Source of the DNA: a virus
Lineage: Duplodnaviria; Caudoviricetes
Reading direction: 5' to 3' (one strand)
IMG/VR virus record: IMGVR_UViG_3300009671_000010
Location: 1 to 64,000 of that record
Length of the DNA: 64,000 nucleotides
Part shown: piece after piece, positions 1-9,650 of the stretch
Layout of the letters: each line of letters opens with the position of its first letter
How positions within the stretch are numbered: the stretch's first letter is position 1
The notes under the pieces: generated by a model
What the model was told of the DNA's origin: nothing
What the model saw: only the letters and a program-made list of their open reading frames with translations
Databases searched by the model: none
Made by a program: the position numbers and the translations under genes

Positions 1-84
1 ATAGACAACCCGCATAGGTTACAAAATGTTGACCTGTTGACACATGAACAGATGCTTGCATTAAATACTGGGGTGATTATATGA
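1..84 (+). CDS. 3' end of an upstream gene (partial)
   Basis: Frame 1 is open from base 1 (IDNPHRLQNVDLLTHEQMLALNTGVII) to TGA at 82-84, which overlaps the next ATG (ATGA coupling). Confidence 0.6.
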   Translation: MDNPHRLQNVDLLTHEQMLALNTGVII

Positions 85-1145
85 TAGGAAATTTCGATGA
101 TACTGGACATGTATTTAGTTTGTTTAAGCAGCCTGACGGGACACCATCACAGAATAGTGGGTCGATCGTACTCGCTAAAGGACCTGATTATCCGTCCAAC
201 GGGATGACTGGGTTACTCGTAAATATGGAGTCGCCATATGGATGGGACGCTGTTTCACAATCATACAAATTTGACAGTGTTAACGATTTTGTGCAAACTG
301 ACCCAAAAGTAAATTCAAACACATTAACGTTGTCAATGTTTGCTAAATTAAACGGTAATAATAGTTATGGGACATTCTATTTTTACGGAGCTACAACAAA
401 TATTCGGGCTTATATTCGATATGGTAATCAGTTGAATGTCGACACTTTCTTGAATTCGTCAACTCGCCTAACTGCAAGTTTATACATACCGACCGAAATG
501 AGTGATGGTACTTGGTTTAACTTGACAGTTGTGTATGATATGGATCAATCAACCCCAGAATTAAAATTAAAAATTTACATAAACGGGATACAACGCAGTG
601 CAACCTTTATTAATACTGCGCTTACTGCAATGCCTGATTTATCTGAATTTAACTTATCAATAGGCGGCAGAGACGGCTTAACTCAGACACTAAATGGTGA
701 AATAAAGTTATTTTCATTGTTTAAAACTGCTAAATCAGATACCGAAATTTTAGAGCTTTATAATCTCGGTCCTGATCTTGGAGGACTTGAACTAAAAGCG
801 GATGGGACTTTGTATTTTCCACTGCACACACACAGCATTATTGTAAGTCCACCAAGTGCAAAAGTTGCATTTAATAAAACAAAACAGTTTAGTGCAACTG
901 CCTTAGATTTAAATAGTGATCCAGTAAACCCACAACCCACATTCGAATGGTCAACAGATATCGGATCAATCAACGGTTCAGGGTTGTTCACAGCTCCAGA
1001 TACTGAGGGTATTGGTACTGTTACAGCTACTGCTGATGGCGTGAGCGGTGAGGCGAGTGTGGCTGTTGTTGAAAATAATGCTAATGCAGCAATTATACAA
1101 AAATTAAAAAAGAATAAAATATATTCATTAGATAATTGGAGGTGA
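81..1145 (+). CDS. LamG/concanavalin A-like plus Ig-like (Big_2-type) virion-associated protein
   Basis: LamG-type pattern (FDSVNDFV, DGTWFNLTVVYD, KIYING, LSIGG, LNGEI, EILELYN) followed by an Ig-like repeat (IIVSPPSAKV, KQFSATA, FEWS, GSINGSGLFTA, TVTATADGVSGEASVAV). Confidence 0.75.
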   Translation: MIGNFDDTGHVFSLFKQPDGTPSQNSGSIVLAKGPDYPSNGMTGLLVNMESPYGWDAVSQSYKFDSVNDFVQTDPKVNSNTLTLSMFAKLNGNNSYGTFYFYGATTNIRAYIRYGNQLNVDTFLNSSTRLTASLYIPTEMSDGTWFNLTVVYDMDQSTPELKLKIYINGIQRSATFINTALTAMPDLSEFNLSIGGRDGLTQTLNGEIKLFSLFKTAKSDTEILELYNLGPDLGGLELKADGTLYFPLHTHSIIVSPPSAKVAFNKTKQFSATALDLNSDPVNPQPTFEWSTDIGSINGSGLFTAPDTEGIGTVTATADGVSGEASVAVVENNANAAIIQKLKKNKIYSLDNWR

Positions 1146-1149
1146 AAAT

Positions 1150-1494
1150 ATGAATACATTAATTATAAGTGGTTCTGGAGCAATAGGAACAATTACAGCT
1201 CCGTCAGGTTTAGCAGTTATGTTAAAATCAATTCAAATAGATATGCCAATGAGCGATATCGGAACAGTAGACCCTGTTGTTACATTTAGTGGAATCTATA
1301 ATGGAACGTATAATGTTAATTCTACTGTTGTTAACATAGACAAACGTTATGGAAATGAAGAAGAAGTAAGTATATCAACCAGTGCATTTGGTGATAATTA
1401 TTCAGCAATTATATCTTATATTTATGTTGGCGATTCACCTACTTTCTTGAATAATAAATTTAGAATGCCGTTACCACAATCATTCAGGAGCTAA
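1150..1494 (+). CDS. hypothetical protein (beta-rich, possibly structural)
   Basis: GGAGGTG RBS upstream; 114-aa ORF tightly packed in the operon. Confidence 0.6.
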   Translation: MNTLIISGSGAIGTITAPSGLAVMLKSIQIDMPMSDIGTVDPVVTFSGIYNGTYNVNSTVVNIDKRYGNEEEVSISTSAFGDNYSAIISYIYVGDSPTFLNNKFRMPLPQSFRS

Positions 1495-1496
1495 TA

Positions 1497-2300
1497 ATGC
1501 AGATACTCAAAGATATTTTGCTATTCATATCTGGACTGAGTATTTGGCAAAATCCAGTTCTTACATTTCTTTTGATAGCAGTAGTATTGGTTACTGTTGC
1601 TATTATAATATTAAAAGGTAAATATTTTATTTTTATGATTTCAAATAAGTTTTTTGGAACATCATTTAAGATAACTGAAGAAAAAACACGAACTTGTTCT
1701 GATTGTATTTTATATATGAATTCATTAAGAGAAGACTATGAGGTTGAAAAAAATAGTATTCGTGATTCAATATTAAAAAATCAAATGAATTATTCTGAAC
1801 AGAAACTAATTGAAGTAGAAACTCTTATTTATTCTAAGTATCTAGAACAAGTATCTAAATTAAATTTATCATATGAAGATGAAAGTAAACAAACAACAAT
1901 ATTTTATGGATTAATGAAGGATTCTATACGAGTTACAAAAGATGAAATACGTAGATCATTTAAAGAAAATGGATTTCATCAAATAGGTGGAACTGACTTT
2001 AGTAACTATGTAAAATCCAGAATGTCTACTATTAAAGCACTTATAATTCAAATCTATTTAAATCGTTATCCCTCACATTCAATGATAGTTTCCAAAGATA
2101 CTATAATACCAATAATTACTTATTCGATGCATGATATAGAAGATATCTTATTTGAGATATATACTAGAGCTAAGGAAGTTAGGCTGTCTTGTGAAAAAAA
2201 GATAGAAGATATTAAAAATATTTTTGCTAAGAATATGGATACTTTTTTAGGAGAAAGAAATGGAACAGGGAACTGCACTACAGCAACGGGAACTAAATAG
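1497..2300 (+). CDS. membrane-anchored hypothetical protein (possibly holin-like)
   Basis: Strong N-terminal hydrophobic segment (VLTFLLIAVVLVTVAIIIL) followed by a helical soluble domain; AGGAG RBS. Function is inference only. Confidence 0.5.
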   Translation: MQILKDILLFISGLSIWQNPVLTFLLIAVVLVTVAIIILKGKYFIFMISNKFFGTSFKITEEKTRTCSDCILYMNSLREDYEVEKNSIRDSILKNQMNYSEQKLIEVETLIYSKYLEQVSKLNLSYEDESKQTTIFYGLMKDSIRVTKDEIRRSFKENGFHQIGGTDFSNYVKSRMSTIKALIIQIYLNRYPSHSMIVSKDTIIPIITYSMHDIEDILFEIYTRAKEVRLSCEKKIEDIKNIFAKNMDTFLGERNGTGNCTTATGTK

Positions 2301-2904
2301 CTTATTAGCATTTTATCCAGAAGAACAAATTAATAAGTTATTAGAACATAAAGATAAACTTGATAAAATAATTAAAGCATTTGATAAAATGTCAGCTGTA
2401 GCATTTTCCAGTACTGTTGTTATGACTTGTAGTAGTTATTCGTGTCCATATAAAGATGTTTGTATTTTATTAAAAAATGACTTAGCTCCATCTGGAAGTG
2501 CCTGTCCAGTTGAAAAAAAGATTGTATCAGAACTTGAATGCGATATAGTTAACAGTTTAAAGATAGATAGAAATGATCCTATAGAGATGGAATTATTATG
2601 GGATCTTATTGATTTAAAACTAATAGACATGAGATCATCTGGTTATATGAAGGATGGTTCAGTTACTCAAAAAATTGAGACTAAGATGGGTCCTTCTGTG
2701 TCTATTAGAGAAGAAATATCTCCAGCATTAGAAATCAAACTTGATCTTAAAAGAGTTAAACATTCTATCATTGACTCATTCGTAGCTACTAGAAGAGCTA
2801 AGAAGAAATATGGTATGAATAATGATGCTAATACACTGGAAGATATGATCATGTCTGCTATAAATAATAAGAGGGATAATGATAGCGAAGATAGCATCTC
2901 TTAG
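2260..2904 (+). CDS. putative terminase small subunit (Cys-cluster protein)
   Basis: AGGAG RBS; CxxxxCPYxxxC...CPVE cluster then helical, basic C-terminus; upstream of the large terminase. Assignment mainly positional. Confidence 0.4.
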   Translation: MEQGTALQQRELNSLLAFYPEEQINKLLEHKDKLDKIIKAFDKMSAVAFSSTVVMTCSSYSCPYKDVCILLKNDLAPSGSACPVEKKIVSELECDIVNSLKIDRNDPIEMELLWDLIDLKLIDMRSSGYMKDGSVTQKIETKMGPSVSIREEISPALEIKLDLKRVKHSIIDSFVATRRAKKKYGMNNDANTLEDMIMSAINNKRDNDSEDSIS

Positions 2905-3409
2905 AAATTTCTTAACAAAGAATTATGGTACTGCTAAGATATGGTTTAAAAATAAAGCAGGAAGTATTACTAAAGATGAAATAATTAAGAAATTTAAAAA
3001 TTCTAAGTCATATATAAAACATTGGGGTAAGACTGCAGTTGTTGAAAAAGCTAGCTCTACTCCTCAAAATGTTAATCCAGATATGTTTAAAATCATTAAA
3101 TCTAAGTGGGGTAAAAGAACTATGGTTGCTGGTGTAAGTCTACTAGCTTATTCGACTGCTAATTCAATAATAAGTAGATCTGTATCAAAACCTGAATTAC
3201 CAAGATCATATAGTGAAGGTTATGATGTTCTAGATTCAACATTAACAGATTATGGTTCTCCATTACATTTAGCTAAAACTGCATCTAAAGTTATTAATAA
3301 TTATAAATCAACTGTTCGTAAATGCATTAAAACAACCACTGGAACTATAATAGCTTCTAATCCAGCTCTTAGTTTGAGTAAAAATGCAATAGGTCATCAT
3401 AGGTATTAA
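2879..3409 (+). CDS. basic hypothetical protein with hydrophobic segment (possible internal/ejected virion protein)
   Basis: Lys-rich; one hydrophobic stretch (MVAGVSLLAYSTA); C-terminus ALSLSKNAIGHHRY resembles that of the next gene. Confidence 0.55.
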   Translation: MIAKIASLRNFLTKNYGTAKIWFKNKAGSITKDEIIKKFKNSKSYIKHWGKTAVVEKASSTPQNVNPDMFKIIKSKWGKRTMVAGVSLLAYSTANSIISRSVSKPELPRSYSEGYDVLDSTLTDYGSPLHLAKTASKVINNYKSTVRKCIKTTTGTIIASNPALSLSKNAIGHHRY

Positions 3410-3411
3410 AT

Positions 3412-3951
3412 ATGGGATTATTAAAAACAGCACCTAAAATATTTAACTGGTTTGCAAAGAATGCTACTAAAACCACCACTCATAGTACTAATTTTGGAAA
3501 AACTATTGTTAATAATGTTATTAATGATCTTAAGAATCCTAATATTGTTAGAATGGCAAAAAGTCCAATTGGATCAAAAATTAGTTCTACTAGTAGGGCT
3601 TTTGGTCATAAGCTTGGCTCTAGAATACAATCGTATAGATTAGGCAGAACAAGTGCGAAATTAAAAAAAGTTCAGGCTAATGCAAATAGTTCCTTATCAA
3701 AAAGAGTTAAATGGGGAAGAAGAATTGGAACTATGGGTGGACTAGCGTTAGGAACTACTGCAATGATTGGTGTTGGTATGATGAATCAAGCCAGGGAATA
3801 TACCTTTGATAGGTATACACAAGATTTTACATACTCAAGAAATATGCTTTCTAATTCAAGATTATACAAAACTATGGGTAACAGAATGGTGAATTATAAT
3901 TCAACTATGGGTCTGAGCAATGCCCTCAGTCGTACAAGACATGGGATTTAA
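3412..3951 (+). CDS. basic hypothetical protein with Gly-rich hydrophobic segment
   Basis: Lys/Arg-rich; GTMGGLALGTTAMIGVGMM segment; C-terminus GLSNALSRTRHGI. Confidence 0.55.
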   Translation: MGLLKTAPKIFNWFAKNATKTTTHSTNFGKTIVNNVINDLKNPNIVRMAKSPIGSKISSTSRAFGHKLGSRIQSYRLGRTSAKLKKVQANANSSLSKRVKWGRRIGTMGGLALGTTAMIGVGMMNQAREYTFDRYTQDFTYSRNMLSNSRLYKTMGNRMVNYNSTMGLSNALSRTRHGI

Positions 3952-3953
3952 AT

Positions 3954-4820
3954 ATGAACTATCATAAAATGGATCCTTATCAAGATATTAGTTCTGTTCC
4001 AACAGCTGGATCAGTAGTTGGTTCATTTGCTAAAGAAGCTTTAAATCCAGTTAACTTACCAGTTATGTTTCCTAATATGCTTGATATAAATAAAGGAATA
4101 GCAGTTCCAATCTGGTCTAAATATAATATAAGTCCTTCCAGTATTAAGTCAGCCTGGCAGAAACCAAAAAATGCTTTCTTTAAGAATATAAAAAGAAAAA
4201 CAGAAAAGCGATTATTTGCAGGTAGATTAGGTACATATCATGATGCTAAATATATGTATCATGATAGAAAGATTGCATTATCAAAAGCAACAGAAGCATA
4301 TAGAACTAGAATTAAGAATACAAAATTTTTAACAGGAATAGATGAAATACAAACTATTCAGGGTAAAACTATTGTAAATATTAAAAATCAGCTAAAGGAT
4401 CCGATTAAACTAAAAGAAATCAGTAAATTTGCAAATAATAAAGGAACAATGAATGCTATTAATCATCTTTCATCAACTGGTAAAAGTTTAACTCGTGGAT
4501 ATTTATTGAAAACTAAACTACTTCGTATGGGAATGAGAGTTGCTAAATTTGGTGCATGGGCATCTACAATTGGAGCTTTTGCCAGTATCGGTTATATGAT
4601 AGGTGAACCCATCGGTAGATCTATTGTATCTAATGCGACTGATGCTATTAATAAATTTAGTTCAAGATTTATGCCAGAAATGTCTGGTTCAAGATTACAA
4701 GATGGGTTTTTAACTCAAGGTGCTGCTACTGAAAGGCAAAGAGCGATTGAAGCTTTATCAAAATCAAGTCTTAATGGTAGAAGTGCTTTCGGGCAGGAAA
4801 GTTTATATTTTCACCAATGA
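3954..4820 (+). CDS. basic hypothetical protein with Gly-rich hydrophobic segment
   Basis: FGAWASTIGAFASIGYMIG segment; C-terminal helix AATERQRAIEALSKSSLNGRSAFGQE; ATGA overlap with terminase. Confidence 0.6.
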   Translation: MNYHKMDPYQDISSVPTAGSVVGSFAKEALNPVNLPVMFPNMLDINKGIAVPIWSKYNISPSSIKSAWQKPKNAFFKNIKRKTEKRLFAGRLGTYHDAKYMYHDRKIALSKATEAYRTRIKNTKFLTGIDEIQTIQGKTIVNIKNQLKDPIKLKEISKFANNKGTMNAINHLSSTGKSLTRGYLLKTKLLRMGMRVAKFGAWASTIGAFASIGYMIGEPIGRSIVSNATDAINKFSSRFMPEMSGSRLQDGFLTQGAATERQRAIEALSKSSLNGRSAFGQESLYFHQ

Positions 4821-7114
4821 ATATAAGAAGAGATAATCAAGTAAGTTCGGATGAATTATTAGAGGTTTTTTCAAATCCAGTTAGATGGGCTGAAACATTT
4901 TTACGTAATCCACGTGATAAAGACAAACCATTAATATTACGCTCGTATCAAAAAAGTGTACTTGAAAATACACGAAAATATAAGAATATTATTTTACAGC
5001 AAGGCAGGCGGTGCTTACCTGGATATTCACCGATATTAATGTATAATGGAGAAATTAAAACAATTTCTGAGGTACAAGTAGATGATTATGTTGTATCGCG
5101 TGATTCTAATGCACAACCAAAAAGAAGGAAGGTTATAAATAAATTTAATAATGGTATTAAATCTGTTTATAAAATAAGATTACATGATGGAAGAGAAATT
5201 GACTGTACAAGTAATCATCCAATATTATGCTGGGTTCCTGTTTTTCCTGGTTCTAAGTCTTATCACTATGAATGGAAAACTATTGATGATGGTTTAGAAA
5301 TAGGTGATAAAGTTACATGCTTAAAGGACTGGAAAGTATTTGGTTCTTTATCTAATAATGATCAAAAACATAGTTATTATGAAATACCAATTAAATCAAT
5401 TGAATATATTGGTGAGATGGAAACATTTGATATAACTGTTGATATTGATCATAATTTTACTGTCAATGGAATAGTAACTCATAATTCAGGAAAGTCTGTT
5501 ACTATGTGTGCTTTAACCTTATGGTGGGCAGTTGTATCACCTATGGTTGAAGTGTTAGAACGCAAGAGAGATAAACAAAAAGCGGTACGTGTTATACTCG
5601 CTACCCCTTATGAAACACAAATTAAAGAGCTTTGGAATATTTATACAAGCTTAATTGCTGATTCGCCTCTGCTTAACTCACAAGTAGTTAGGATGAGAAC
5701 TAGTGATATTCACTCAATTGAATTTAGTAATGGCTCTAAAATCGAAGGTTATACGATTGGTATTTCATCCAGCAATAAAGGAACTTCACTTAGATCTTTA
5801 TCAGCAGATATATTATTTATAGATGAAATGGACTTTATTCCACGTGAAATTATGGAAGAAGTTATAATTCCTATAGCAACTACACATACTGATTGTAGAA
5901 TGTTTGTGTGTTCTACTCCATCTGGTAAACGTGAACTTTACTATGAGTGGTGTTCAAAAGCTTCTGAATTAGGTTGGTATCATCAACATATTCCAGCATG
6001 GCATCCTGATAATGATAACTGGATGTCTATTGAACAAGCAAAAGAAAAAGGAATACCTGCCAATGAATCTACAGAATTTCAGGTAAGAGCTGTAACTAGT
6101 TCTGAAAGATTTGCAAGAGAATACGGAGCTGAGTTTGGCGAAGAACTTGGTGGTGTGTATAAACATTCCTTTATAAATAGATCACTTGTTAAATATGGAA
6201 GAGATATAAATCTCGAAAATACTGATGAATTTAATCCTGAATTTCCAGTTAATAGAGATCATTTGTATGTAATGGGTGTTGATTGGAATAGTTATCAGAA
6301 TGGTGGTCAAATAGTTGTTGTAGAATACTGTAGAACTCCTACAATTGTTACATTCTTTGACGATGAGAAAAATGAAGATATATCAGTTGATTTTACTAAT
6401 AAGTTTAGACTTTTTTATAGACGTGGAATTAAGGTACAAGGTGCAACTCAAAGAGCCACAAGAGAAGAAATTATAAGAATTACATCTCATATGAAGATTG
6501 ATTTTATTTATGTAGACTATGGTTATGGGGATACTAATATTGAAGAATTAACTTTTTATGGTAAAAGTCATCCTGAATTACAATTTGATAGGAAATTAAG
6601 AGCAATAGATGCTGGTGCAACCACAGAACACTGGGATCCAGTACTTAGAGAAAAGGTTAGTAAAAGAAATAAATCTCTTATGGTTAACTTTTCATCTTTA
6701 TATGTTGAAGAAGGAAGAATTCTTTTACCAAAAGAAGAAGATCAGAAGACTAGACTAATCGGGCAAATGAGAGGATATGTTGTTAAAAATGTTACAACCA
6801 GAGGTGATTTTGCATATGAAGGTGAAGACCATATTTTAGATGCCTTTAATTTAGCATTGTATGGTTTTTCCAGAGAATTTGACCCAGGATTATTCACTAA
6901 TAAACAATTATATACTATGGTTATATTGCCTGATCCAAGAGGTGAATTATACCCAAGGAGAGAGACTGAAATAGTTAATAAGAGAGCAAATATAAATTTG
7001 AGAAATATTAAAGATCCAGAACTTGCACCTGTATATCAAAAACCTATGAGAGCATCAATGCCTAGAATTGGTATGAGATCAAATATTTCATCTACTAGGA
7101 GATCGTATGTCTGA
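4817..7114 (+). CDS. terL: terminase large subunit (intein-containing)
   Basis: LRSYQ Q-motif, Walker A GRR|SGKS (split by intein), Walker B ILFIDEMD, CSTPSG motif, nuclease domain MGVDWN and DHILDAFNLA. Confidence 0.95.
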   Translation: MNIRRDNQVSSDELLEVFSNPVRWAETFLRNPRDKDKPLILRSYQKSVLENTRKYKNIILQQGRRCLPGYSPILMYNGEIKTISEVQVDDYVVSRDSNAQPKRRKVINKFNNGIKSVYKIRLHDGREIDCTSNHPILCWVPVFPGSKSYHYEWKTIDDGLEIGDKVTCLKDWKVFGSLSNNDQKHSYYEIPIKSIEYIGEMETFDITVDIDHNFTVNGIVTHNSGKSVTMCALTLWWAVVSPMVEVLERKRDKQKAVRVILATPYETQIKELWNIYTSLIADSPLLNSQVVRMRTSDIHSIEFSNGSKIEGYTIGISSSNKGTSLRSLSADILFIDEMDFIPREIMEEVIIPIATTHTDCRMFVCSTPSGKRELYYEWCSKASELGWYHQHIPAWHPDNDNWMSIEQAKEKGIPANESTEFQVRAVTSSERFAREYGAEFGEELGGVYKHSFINRSLVKYGRDINLENTDEFNPEFPVNRDHLYVMGVDWNSYQNGGQIVVVEYCRTPTIVTFFDDEKNEDISVDFTNKFRLFYRRGIKVQGATQRATREEIIRITSHMKIDFIYVDYGYGDTNIEELTFYGKSHPELQFDRKLRAIDAGATTEHWDPVLREKVSKRNKSLMVNFSSLYVEEGRILLPKEEDQKTRLIGQMRGYVVKNVTTRGDFAYEGEDHILDAFNLALYGFSREFDPGLFTNKQLYTMVILPDPRGELYPRRETEIVNKRANINLRNIKDPELAPVYQKPMRASMPRIGMRSNISSTRRSYV
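5012..5485 (+). mobile_element. mini-intein (158 aa, no homing endonuclease) in terminase Walker A
   Basis: Starts CLPGYSPI, block B CTSNHP, ends FDITV...NGIVTHN, +1 Ser; excision restores GRRSGKS. Confidence 0.93.
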
Positions 7115-8261
7115 AATTAACATAAATGATTTAATAGGTAAATCACTTCCTCCTGAAATATTAGATCAATTAAAAGTTTTTAATAGAATACAATTTCCAT
7201 TAAAAGATACAGTTACATCTACTGTTTCCGCTACTGACAGTACTGAACAAGTTGCTGAAGATGGAATAAATGAATTATTAAATCATGTTAAAGATATGGA
7301 AGACACATGTAAACAGATAGAAGACTCTATTGATCTTCTTACTAAGGATATGGATATTCCACCAATTGATGATATTGTATCTGATGCTGCTAAAAGACTT
7401 GGTAGTCCTACTGGGAATATTACACAAGAAGTTTTTAAAAATGCACTTTCTATAATGGATTATACTCCAGCTCTTACAGGTTTGGGAGATCCAATACTTG
7501 GTGCATTAACTGGTGACTCTAGTATTAATGGTGACATTTGGTTAAGTTGTGATCAAATAACATCAGGAATAGCATCTACATTTAAAACTACTAAAAAACT
7601 TAATCCATCTATAGTTGAACCAATTAAAGAAAAAACATTAAAAATAATGAATGACTTTGAAAAAAAACAACAGAATATGTTAATAGAAATGTTACAAATG
7701 TTGTTTTGGAACATGCTATGGTGTAAGTACATAGTTGATGCTAATCTTAATATTTTAAGATCTATAATTGCTAATCCTATTGATTCTATTATATTATTTT
7801 TTAAAAAATTTCCATTTAGAAAACCAAGTAAAGAAGAAGTTGAAAAGAATGGACCAATTAATAAATTAATTAATAAAATCAGAATAACATTAATATGTAA
7901 AGTTCCTCCTAAAGCTTACCCAAGATATAAACCAATGGTTGATATAGATTGTTCAAGAATGAATAAATGTGTTAAACCACCAATACATACTAATTCTAGT
8001 GGATCAGAAAAACTTGAAGATATTGGTGATATTACATCATCTGTTTTATCTGATGATCCATGTGTAACAGCTGATGAATTTTTTAGAGATAATCTTGAAC
8101 TTAAAAATCAAAATCCTACATCTTTAGGAGCATCTCCTGAATGTATAAAAGCAGCAAAAACTGTATTAGATGCAGTTATGTCAGATGCTCTAAGTCCTGG
8201 TGACTCAGGAGTAGGTACTTTTATTAATAATACTTTATTACAGAATATAGGGAGTTTATAA
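7107..8261 (+). CDS. hypothetical protein
   Basis: 384-aa ORF overlapping the terL end, AGGAG RBS; acidic N-terminus, hydrophobic centre, several Cys. Confidence 0.7.
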   Translation: MSEININDLIGKSLPPEILDQLKVFNRIQFPLKDTVTSTVSATDSTEQVAEDGINELLNHVKDMEDTCKQIEDSIDLLTKDMDIPPIDDIVSDAAKRLGSPTGNITQEVFKNALSIMDYTPALTGLGDPILGALTGDSSINGDIWLSCDQITSGIASTFKTTKKLNPSIVEPIKEKTLKIMNDFEKKQQNMLIEMLQMLFWNMLWCKYIVDANLNILRSIIANPIDSIILFFKKFPFRKPSKEEVEKNGPINKLINKIRITLICKVPPKAYPRYKPMVDIDCSRMNKCVKPPIHTNSSGSEKLEDIGDITSSVLSDDPCVTADEFFRDNLELKNQNPTSLGASPECIKAAKTVLDAVMSDALSPGDSGVGTFINNTLLQNIGSL

Positions 8262-8497
8262 TGCATTTAAAAAAGAATGGATATGTAGCTGGGGCTGTTT
8301 TACTTGTTCCTTTTGCTAAACAATTACGTGAACATATTGAATATGAGAAATTTCTTTGCAGAACAATAGTTGATAATGAAATTACCAGAGAATTCAAAAA
8401 AACAACAGATGAACTTAGTGATCAAAGATATGCATTAAGATATAATAATCCTATTTCTGATAAATTAACTGAATTTGGAAAGAAAAATGGCGACTAA
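8261..8497 (+). CDS. hypothetical protein
   Basis: 78 aa, TAATG coupling to the previous gene, GGGAG RBS. Confidence 0.6.
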   Translation: MHLKKNGYVAGAVLLVPFAKQLREHIEYEKFLCRTIVDNEITREFKKTTDELSDQRYALRYNNPISDKLTEFGKKNGD

Positions 8498-9650
8498 ATT
8501 AGAAGATATTATACATGAATTACAAACTGGATCATTTCAGGATATTTATCAAAATAAGTCAATGATCCTAAATGAAGTTATTAATAAGATTGATAAACCA
8601 ATTTTAAAAGGTTTAGCTAAGGATGTTTCTACAGTTCTTTCTAACTGGTTTGAAAATCCCAAAATAATATGCTGTTTAATCCAAGGTTTATGGTCTATAT
8701 ATGCAACTAGTGAGATGAAAAAGAATATTAAATCATCTAATGAATACTCTTTATCAAATACTGAATTTTCTGGATTCCTTGATGTTTTAATAGCATTTAT
8801 AGATGTTATAATTGTTATATTAACTGATGGAATTAAAAAAATAGTATTTATGATTCCAGATATTTTAAAAGAATTAATGTATGGGGTTATGGGTGCTGTA
8901 ATAATTATGTTGCAACAAACATTATTTTCTCTAAGAGATTCTGTTATTAGTGCACTTATTAAATGGATAGATAAATCACAGGCAGGTACCAGTACTAGTT
9001 CAGTATGGGCTAAATGTTTACCATTATCTCAATTTTTTGATGTTATTAAAAAATATATACATGACTATGGATTGCTTACTGAACTCGAAGAAAAAATTAA
9101 AGGATATATATCCAGCATGTATAATAGATTTGCTCCACAATGGAAAAATGAATTTAATATTGCTGAGATAAATAAAGATCTTGAATTTTTATATTGGTTT
9201 AGAGATCTTCTTGTTAAGATGAAGACTGCTGCAATTAACTATGACTTATGTATACCATTTGATTATTCTGTTCCAGATAGTAATACTAACAATATTAATA
9301 TTGATGATTCTATTAATAATAGTATTTCATCTAATACAGACTACCCTCTTACATCTTCTAATCTAGGCATTAAAGTTACATCAAATGGAACTATACTAGT
9401 TGATAAACAGTCTATTAATACAATACCTTTACTATCAAATAGTTCAATAAGAGGTTTTCTGAATAAATATTATGGTTATCCATTAGATATTGTGGATAGT
9501 TTACTTGTCGGTGCAACATCTAAAGACAGTATAATTGGTACAAATATTAATTCACAAAATATATCTGATCTTAATGCTGACTGCCCTAATACACCTTCAG
9601 CAGAAGATATAATGAAGTGGGCACTAGATATAAGGAATCAAGTTAAATGA
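8487..9650 (+). CDS. hypothetical protein with two hydrophobic helices
   Basis: ORF track starts at TTG 8475; in-frame ATG at 8487 is more likely. Hydrophobic LDVLIAFIDVIIVIL and GVMGAVIIML; ATGA overlap with portal. Confidence 0.65.
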   Translation: MATKLEDIIHELQTGSFQDIYQNKSMILNEVINKIDKPILKGLAKDVSTVLSNWFENPKIICCLIQGLWSIYATSEMKKNIKSSNEYSLSNTEFSGFLDVLIAFIDVIIVILTDGIKKIVFMIPDILKELMYGVMGAVIIMLQQTLFSLRDSVISALIKWIDKSQAGTSTSSVWAKCLPLSQFFDVIKKYIHDYGLLTELEEKIKGYISSMYNRFAPQWKNEFNIAEINKDLEFLYWFRDLLVKMKTAAINYDLCIPFDYSVPDSNTNNINIDDSINNSISSNTDYPLTSSNLGIKVTSNGTILVDKQSINTIPLLSNSSIRGFLNKYYGYPLDIVDSLLVGATSKDSIIGTNINSQNISDLNADCPNTPSAEDIMKWALDIRNQVK

